Shown: positions 58,358-64,000 of the stretch, in pieces | Numbering within the stretch: position 1 is the stretch's first letter | Layout of the letters: the number at the start of each line of letters is the position of its first letter | NCBI GenBank assembly: GCA_021734905.1 | Contig: JAIPIB010000002.1 | Span: forward strand, 111,386-175,385 | DNA length: 64,000 nucleotides | Origin: Minisyncoccota bacterium | GTDB taxonomy: Bacteria; Patescibacteriota; Minisyncoccia; Phycocordibacterales; UBA918 | Reading direction: 5' to 3' | Program-made: the position numbers and the translations under genes | Notes under the pieces: generated by a model | The model's database searches: none | The model's input: the letters and a program-made list of their open reading frames with translations, nothing else | What the model was told of the DNA's origin: nothing

Positions 58358-59371
58358 AGTATCGCGTGACGCGTCATACTTCCCCAATTGCGCCAAAGCA
58401 TTCATTTTAACTCTATACAAAAGAGCCTTTTGAGCTAGAGAAACATTTTCTGATTTTCCCTGCCATGCAAGGAGAAATGGTTCTTGAATCGCCCGTGAAT
58501 ACGAAAATGTAATCGGCCACGGCTGCTTTCCAAAACTTGCAATCGCTTGAAGATTTTCTGTTGCCCGTTTCGCAGCCTGTCCACCTGACAAAAAGACAAT
58601 GCCACCAACATCCCGCGGAACTGAAAGTTTAAATGTACGAAGTGTTGCGCTTGCAACTTCGTCCGCAGTTGATTGTTGAGGATTTGTATCGCCAGCAAGT
58701 ACCATGCTCGACTTAAGAATCAAACCTTTAAGATCTACACGATATTTTTTCAATGTTGAAAAAAGAATATTAAGCGTCCTCGTTGTAACCTCTTCAGCTT
58801 CTTCAAGAGTGTGCGAACCAGGAAACATTACTTCAGGCTCAACAATTGGAACAATCCCATTTGCCTGCGCAATGAGTGCATACTCTACCATGTGTACTGC
58901 ATTAAGCTCAAGACATTCATTCGTAGGAATCCCCTCACCAATATTCACCACGGCTCGCCATTTCGCAAAACGCGCACCAATTTTATAATATTCTTTAAAA
59001 CGTTCGTCGAGTCCATCAAGTCCTTGCGTCACTACTTCACCTTCAAATTGATCCAATTGCCTGACTCCCCCATCAACCTTAATCCCAGGCACCATACCTC
59101 GAGCAATCAGAACGTCTACAAAAGGAACACCCTGGTCGGTTGATTCCCTGATTGTTGAATCATAGAGAATGATTCCTGAAAGAAACTCCTCAATTCCCGG
59201 TGCGGTAAAGAGCATTTCTCTAAAATCTTGTCGGTTGCCACTCTGGTTTGGGAGATTCGCAAGTGCAAGTCGCTTCCCTGCCGTCCCGTCACTTTCATCT
59301 GCTGCGAGAATCCCCTTCCCGTCCAACATGAGCTGTGAGACTGTTTTATATAACTCAGTATTATTTTGCAT
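58352..59371 (-). CDS. fructose-bisphosphate aldolase class I
   Basis: GKGILAADES, PGIKVD, ARFAKWR, VPIVEPEV, LKSSMV, FLSGGQ, TFSYSRA. Confidence 0.9.
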   Translation of the reverse strand: MQNNTELYKTVSQLMLDGKGILAADESDGTAGKRLALANLPNQSGNRQDFREMLFTAPGIEEFLSGIILYDSTIRESTDQGVPFVDVLIARGMVPGIKVDGGVRQLDQFEGEVVTQGLDGLDERFKEYYKIGARFAKWRAVVNIGEGIPTNECLELNAVHMVEYALIAQANGIVPIVEPEVMFPGSHTLEEAEEVTTRTLNILFSTLKKYRVDLKGLILKSSMVLAGDTNPQQSTADEVASATLRTFKLSVPRDVGGIVFLSGGQAAKRATENLQAIASFGKQPWPITFSYSRAIQEPFLLAWQGKSENVSLAQKALLYRVKMNALAQLGKYDASRDTK

Positions 59372-59455
59372 AGTACAAAAAGTGTACCACGGTATAAGCA
59401 CACCTTCAGTATCAGTATGCACATATCAAACGAGCACGCGATCTCACGAACTTAT

Positions 59456-60220
59456 CTATGCACGAATTCTCCATCCAATTTTGAAGAGGTGAACAACAAG
59501 CAAGGTGAGTGTTGACAATATTCCAAAAATAATAACCAGTCCGAGTATCGCATTTGCCTCATGGACTCCGGTCATTGAGCTGCGTAATCCATCAACAAAG
59601 TAAAAAAATGGATTTGCTCGAGTAATGGTTTGCGCAAGTGGAGGAAGCATCGTGATTGAGTAAAATATTCCGCCTAAGTATGTAAGTGGGGTGATAAAAA
59701 ATGTATTGAGGATCGAAAGTTGTTCAAATCCTTGTGCCCACAATGCAACAAGAATACCCAACAGCGAAAATATTCCCGATACCGCAACGATGTAAAAAAT
59801 AAATAATAATGGTTGCTCCAAAGAAACAGCTCCAAAGAGAGTTCCCACACACACAATGAGAATGGCAACAATAACTGCTCGAATCACCGATCCGAGCATA
59901 AATCCGAATATCATTTCGATGTATGAAAATGGGGCTATGAGAATTTCATCAATACTCTTCATGAATCGCGCAAAGTAGAGTGAGCTTGAACTGCTACTAA
60001 AAGAGACGTTGATAATCGAGAGCATAAGAATCCCTGGAAACACAAACGTAATGTATGGGACACCAGCAACATCACTAATTCGTGTCCCGATAACGTGACC
60101 AAAGATAAAAATATAAAGTGCAGCAGAGACTACGGGAGAAATAAGTGTCTGCACAATAACACGCATCGTGCGTTCTACTTCTCGTCGTATCATCGTATAT
60201 ACGCCAATCCAATTAATCAT
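59456..60220 (-). CDS. ABC-2 transporter permease (YadH-like)
   Basis: QTLISP, YITFVFPG, PLTYLGGIFYSI, NPFFYFVDGLR. Confidence 0.85.
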   Translation of the reverse strand: MINWIGVYTMIRREVERTMRVIVQTLISPVVSAALYIFIFGHVIGTRISDVAGVPYITFVFPGILMLSIINVSFSSSSSSLYFARFMKSIDEILIAPFSYIEMIFGFMLGSVIRAVIVAILIVCVGTLFGAVSLEQPLLFIFYIVAVSGIFSLLGILVALWAQGFEQLSILNTFFITPLTYLGGIFYSITMLPPLAQTITRANPFFYFVDGLRSSMTGVHEANAILGLVIIFGILSTLTLLVVHLFKIGWRIRA

Positions 60221-60229
60221 ATATGAAAT

Positions 60230-60961
60230 TTAATACGTTGCTCCTTGAGTAATTTCTAAATATTTTTTTTCGAGCGATGAACCATCTCGAATAAATTCGT
60301 CTTTTGTTCCCTCGGCGACAATTATGCCGTTATTGATGATTGCGATATTATTGCAGAGCGCCTCAACTTCTTCTAGGTAATGAGAGGTAAGGATAATGGT
60401 GGTCCCTGCTTTATTAAGTTCACGCAGATACTCCCACAGGTCATGTCGCTGTCTCACATCAATTCCTGCCGTCGGTTCATCGAGGATCAAAAGCTTCGGT
60501 GCGTGGATAAGTGCCCGTGCCAAGATAAGTCGCCGTTTCAAACCACCTGAAAGTTCTTTGAATTTTTTATTACGGTGTTCATAGAGTTCAAAACGTTTAA
60601 GGAGTATCTCAATTCTTTCCTCCCGAATAGATTTTGGGATTCCATAGTAGCCACCCATATAATCAAGGAGATCAGAGCTTGTTGCAAAGATATCAACATT
60701 AAACTCCTGTGGCGAAAGTCCAATTTTTTTTCGTGCCTCCTTGTACTCTCCTACAACGTCAATACCATCAACGAAGATCCTACCAGAGGTAATCGTCCCA
60801 ATACCAGTGATGCAATGAATCGTACTAGACTTGCCTGCTCCATTTGGACCAAGGAGACCAAAAAAACTCCCTCGTCTAATAGAGAGATTGAGGTTATCTA
60901 CAGCAATTTTTTTACCATATTTCTTGGTAAGTGAATCAATAAATAAAATATCGTCATTCAT
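60230..60961 (-). CDS. ABC transporter ATP-binding protein (YadG-like)
   Basis: GPNGAGKS, LSGG, LILDEPT, SHY. Confidence 0.9.
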   Translation of the reverse strand: MNDDILFIDSLTKKYGKKIAVDNLNLSIRRGSFFGLLGPNGAGKSSTIHCITGIGTITSGRIFVDGIDVVGEYKEARKKIGLSPQEFNVDIFATSSDLLDYMGGYYGIPKSIREERIEILLKRFELYEHRNKKFKELSGGLKRRLILARALIHAPKLLILDEPTAGIDVRQRHDLWEYLRELNKAGTTIILTSHYLEEVEALCNNIAIINNGIIVAEGTKDEFIRDGSSLEKKYLEITQGATY

Positions 60962-61002
60962 AGATACTTGAGTATACTATATAAAGCGAGTATCTTTAAG
61001 AA

Positions 61003-61755
61003 ATGACACAAGATGAGACATGGCTACTGAAGGAGAAATACAATGGTAAAATTGTGGAGGAATATAATACTGATTGTGCAAGACTAAAAAATGGCGAGCC
61101 TCTTGCCTACCTTATCGGACATATCCCGTTCATTAATACCACCATATATCTCGATTCTCACCCTCTCATCCCTCGTACTGAGACAGAGTACTGGGTACAA
61201 AATGTAGTGGATGAAATCTCTGACCGAGGCCTTGCCTCGGTCAGAGTACTTGATCTTTGTGCAGGTTCTGGATGCATTGGTATTGCGGTCTTGAATAATA
61301 TCGCTGATTCGCATGTCGATTTCGTAGAAATTGATACTGATCACCATGCAACCATCAAAGATAATGTTCTTAAGAACAATATAGACCAAACTCGTGCTAG
61401 AGTTTTTGGTGGAAATCTATTTGAAAACATCACAGACACATACGATTACATCCTCACGAATCCACCCTACATAGATCCAAAACTTGACCGGACAACATCC
61501 AGTGTTTCAGAAAACGAGCCGGCTCTTGCACTCTATGGAGGAAAAGATGGAGTATCTATCATCTCTTTAATCATAGAGAGAGCAGATAAGTTCCTAAAGA
61601 AATCTGGAGTACTTTTCATTGAACATGAACCAGAACAGGTAGAGACTATACATACCCTTGCTGCAAAAAAAGGTTTTTTTACCAAAACTGCGACTGATCA
61701 ATTCGGGACAAAACGGTTCACACGACTCACTCGCACAGACAGTCTTTCCATGTAA
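61003..61755 (+). CDS. prmC: release factor glutamine methyltransferase HemK/PrmC
   Basis: GEPLAYLIG, LIPRTETE, DLCAGSGCI, NPPY, EPALALYGG. Confidence 0.9.
   Translation: MTQDETWLLKEKYNGKIVEEYNTDCARLKNGEPLAYLIGHIPFINTTIYLDSHPLIPRTETEYWVQNVVDEISDRGLASVRVLDLCAGSGCIGIAVLNNIADSHVDFVEIDTDHHATIKDNVLKNNIDQTRARVFGGNLFENITDTYDYILTNPPYIDPKLDRTTSSVSENEPALALYGGKDGVSIISLIIERADKFLKKSGVLFIEHEPEQVETIHTLAAKKGFFTKTATDQFGTKRFTRLTRTDSLSM
61218..61246. repeat. intragenic copy of the REP-like palindrome within prmC
   Basis: CTCTGACCGAGG-CCTTG-CCTCGGTCAGAG; core is 22/23 identical to 37012-37034. Confidence 0.8.
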
Positions 61756-61766
61756 GAATAGATGCA

Positions 61767-61979
61767 ATGCAATCAAATATCTCAGATTTACTATACTCAG
61801 GAATGCAAGGACTTTTTTACTTTTTGCTCCTTGCCTTTACCATCCATACACTTTTCCTTGCGTATCACTGGTTTGCATACGGAAATAGTAAACAAGTTTC
61901 ACTTGTCGCACTTGCAACATACCTCAGTGGTGGTGCCATTTTATTACTCACCTATTCCTTTGCACTCTCAATACTTTAA
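61767..61979 (+). CDS. small two-TM membrane protein
   Basis: two hydrophobic helices around YHWFAYG; fills the prmC-PH gap. Confidence 0.6.
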   Translation: MQSNISDLLYSGMQGLFYFLLLAFTIHTLFLAYHWFAYGNSKQVSLVALATYLSGGAILLLTYSFALSIL

Positions 61980-61987
61980 AATTATTT

Positions 61988-62548
61988 ATGCTTACCGAAA
62001 AAATACAACTTGAGACAAATGAGAAAATCCTTATTCAGGTAAGAAAACATTGGTTCATACTTCTTGTTCAGTTACTTTCTGTTCTTTTTATTTCAGTTAT
62101 CCCTTTTGTTCTTTATTTCACGCTGTTAGCAACAGCAGAGACACTATCATCATTTTTGTTGGAATATGTACCAGTTTTTGTAACCCTTGGCACAGCATGG
62201 CTACTTGTTATGTGGATGGCCCTCTTTAATGTGTGGACGAATTACTATCTTGATGTCTGGACCATAACGACAAAACGACTTATTGCCGTAGATCAACGCG
62301 GGCTCTTCTATAGAAATACTGGAAGTTTTAGACTTGAACGCTTACAGGATATTAATATTTCTATACGTGGCATTATCGCAACATTCCTCAACTTCGGAGA
62401 TCTTGAGGCTCAAACAGCAAGCGAAGACCGTGAGTTTGTTGCCCGAAACATTCCACACCCTCGAGAGCTCAAGGCATTAATTCTTGACGCAACAGACAAG
62501 ACGACTTATGGGGCTATTCCTGATAAGTTTGACGGAACGGAAGTTTAG
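61988..62548 (+). CDS. membrane protein with bacterial PH domain
   Basis: RKHW, 2 TMs, WTITTKRLI..QRGLF, LQDI, GDLEAQTA, IPHP. Confidence 0.8.
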   Translation: MLTEKIQLETNEKILIQVRKHWFILLVQLLSVLFISVIPFVLYFTLLATAETLSSFLLEYVPVFVTLGTAWLLVMWMALFNVWTNYYLDVWTITTKRLIAVDQRGLFYRNTGSFRLERLQDINISIRGIIATFLNFGDLEAQTASEDREFVARNIPHPRELKALILDATDKTTYGAIPDKFDGTEV

Positions 62549-62584
62549 ACCTAAATTCCATATTGAGGTACAATCAATTTATCT

Positions 62585-63826
62585 ATGGCAAAAAAACTAG
62601 CAACAGAAGCCTATAAAGGCACTCGTGATTTTTATCCTAAAGATATGGCGATCCAGCGCTATATTTTTGATACGTGGGCAAAAACTGCCGAATCGTTCGG
62701 ATTTGAGCGATATGACGCATCAATTCTTGAGCCGTCAGACCTTTACAAAAGTAAAGGTGCAGAAAATGAAGAAATGGTAAATGAACAAACATATACGTTT
62801 ATCGACCGAGGTGACCGCGAGGTTACGCTTCGTCCCGAAATGACCCCAACTGTTGCCCGCATGATCGCTGCAAGACGCAGAGACCTCAACTTCCCTGTTA
62901 GATGGTACTCAATTCCAAATCTTTTTCGTTATGAACGCCCGCAACGAGGTCGCCTTCGCGAACACTGGCAGCTAAATTGCGACATGTTCGGTATTGATGA
63001 TATTGCTGCTGATGTAGAGATTATTTCACTTGCATATAATGTACTCAAAGAATTTGGCGCAGAGGATGAAGATTTTGAGATTCGTATTAATAGTCGAGCT
63101 TGGCTAACTGAAAAACTTAAGTCATACGATTTGGATGAAAACCAAATGAAACACATGATTCAGCTCATTGACAAAAAAGATAAAATAAAAGATTTCGAAA
63201 AAGAGTCCGAGATTATTACTGGACAAAAAATTGATTTCGAAATTACGGAAGCTCCTAAAGAAAGGAGTATCAAGAGTATTATTGATGCACTTAACTTAAT
63301 TGGAATTACAAATATAAAATTCTCACCAACTATTGTTCGTGGATTTAATTACTACACTGGCACAGTATTTGAAATCTTTGATACTAACCCAAAGAATAAC
63401 CGCTCACTTATTGGCGGCGGACGATATGACAATCTTACTGAACTTTTTGGTGGTGACGCTGTTACAGGAATAGGGTTCGGAATGGGTGACGTTACTATGC
63501 GAGACTTTCTTGAGACGCACAAACTATTACCGAAGGATCTTCATGTAACAGCTCCACGTCTTTCTATACTTCCTATGGGAAAAGACCTAAATATTGCATG
63601 TGAAAAGATAGCTCACACATTCCGCACTACTGGTGTCACTGTTTCTGTTGACCTGAGTGATAAAAAAATTGGAAAGAAAATTTCATCAGCAGATGACGCA
63701 GGTGTCCAATATGTCCTTGTGGTTGGTGAAGATGAACTTTCAAGTCAAAACTTTACGTTAAAGGAACTTGCAACCAAGGAAGAAACTGCCGGTCAACTTG
63801 ATGACCTTATTAAACACCTTGCATAA
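62585..63826 (+). CDS. hisS: histidine--tRNA ligase
   Basis: KGTRDF, LRPEMT, FRYERPQRGRLREHWQ, VRGFNYYTG, GGGRYD. Confidence 0.95.
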   Translation: MAKKLATEAYKGTRDFYPKDMAIQRYIFDTWAKTAESFGFERYDASILEPSDLYKSKGAENEEMVNEQTYTFIDRGDREVTLRPEMTPTVARMIAARRRDLNFPVRWYSIPNLFRYERPQRGRLREHWQLNCDMFGIDDIAADVEIISLAYNVLKEFGAEDEDFEIRINSRAWLTEKLKSYDLDENQMKHMIQLIDKKDKIKDFEKESEIITGQKIDFEITEAPKERSIKSIIDALNLIGITNIKFSPTIVRGFNYYTGTVFEIFDTNPKNNRSLIGGGRYDNLTELFGGDAVTGIGFGMGDVTMRDFLETHKLLPKDLHVTAPRLSILPMGKDLNIACEKIAHTFRTTGVTVSVDLSDKKIGKKISSADDAGVQYVLVVGEDELSSQNFTLKELATKEETAGQLDDLIKHLA

Positions 63827-64000
63827 TGCATTACGTCGTATTTGATTTAGAGACACAAAATACTTTTGCTGATGCAGGGAGTAATAATCCTGCTGATTTA
63901 GATATTTCCGTTGGCTGTGTCTATGACTCAATCACCGATACATATACAACAGTTGCACATGATGAACTCCATAAACTATGGCCAATTCTTGAAGAGGCAG
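63826..64000 (+). CDS. RNase H-like/DEDD exonuclease-domain protein (partial, runs off window)
   Basis: ATG overlaps the hisS stop; MHYVVFDLETQN...DLDISVGCVYD. Confidence 0.65.
   Translation, partial: MHYVVFDLETQNTFADAGSNNPADLDISVGCVYDSITDTYTTVAHDELHKLWPILEEA

Noticed and set aside
1-64000. Alternative genetic code (UGA=Gly, as in Gracilibacteria)
   Set aside because: Conserved genes are full length under code 11, and rsmH ends at TGA in the expected position.

Overview
A 64-kb, AT-rich, gene-dense bacterial segment (code 11). It is most consistent with Patescibacteria/CPR (Parcubacteria-like); this is an inference from the short ProRS, degenerate PriA and HolB, orphan VirB4-like ATPase and near-absence of Shine-Dalgarno sites. 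Positions 1-28 kb are core genes: dcw (mraZ-rsmH-ftsL-ftsI-murF), lysS, greA, mreBCD-mrdA, proS, rseP, frr, holB-like, a VirB4/TraD-like ATPase, a second mreB, XRE-murA, priA-def-fmt and hpf. A tRNA-Asn(GTT) at 29164-29235 precedes an accessory-rich region: orphan genes, an RND pump, tandem M14 peptidases, a DEAD-box helicase, GH18 and a GT4-GH57-GH15 alpha-glucan cluster. The window ends with truB-like, rpmG, class I aldolase, ABC-2, prmC and hisS. Top leads: (1) the tRNA-Asn sits in a ~640-nt nest of direct and antisense tRNA fragments interleaved with a twice-occurring structured module; (2) a membrane + 2x cytochrome-b5 + heme-d1 beta-propeller (NirS/NirN-like) fusion that keeps all three NirS histidines but has no c-heme; (3) very long perfect palindromes, one REP-like core occurring both intergenically and in-frame inside prmC; (4) housekeeping genes look leaderless, while orphan genes share a hairpin/boxA-like/SD leader and their own terminator. 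No CRISPR array, transposase, integrase or rRNA was seen. All family calls come from motif recognition by eye, not database searches.
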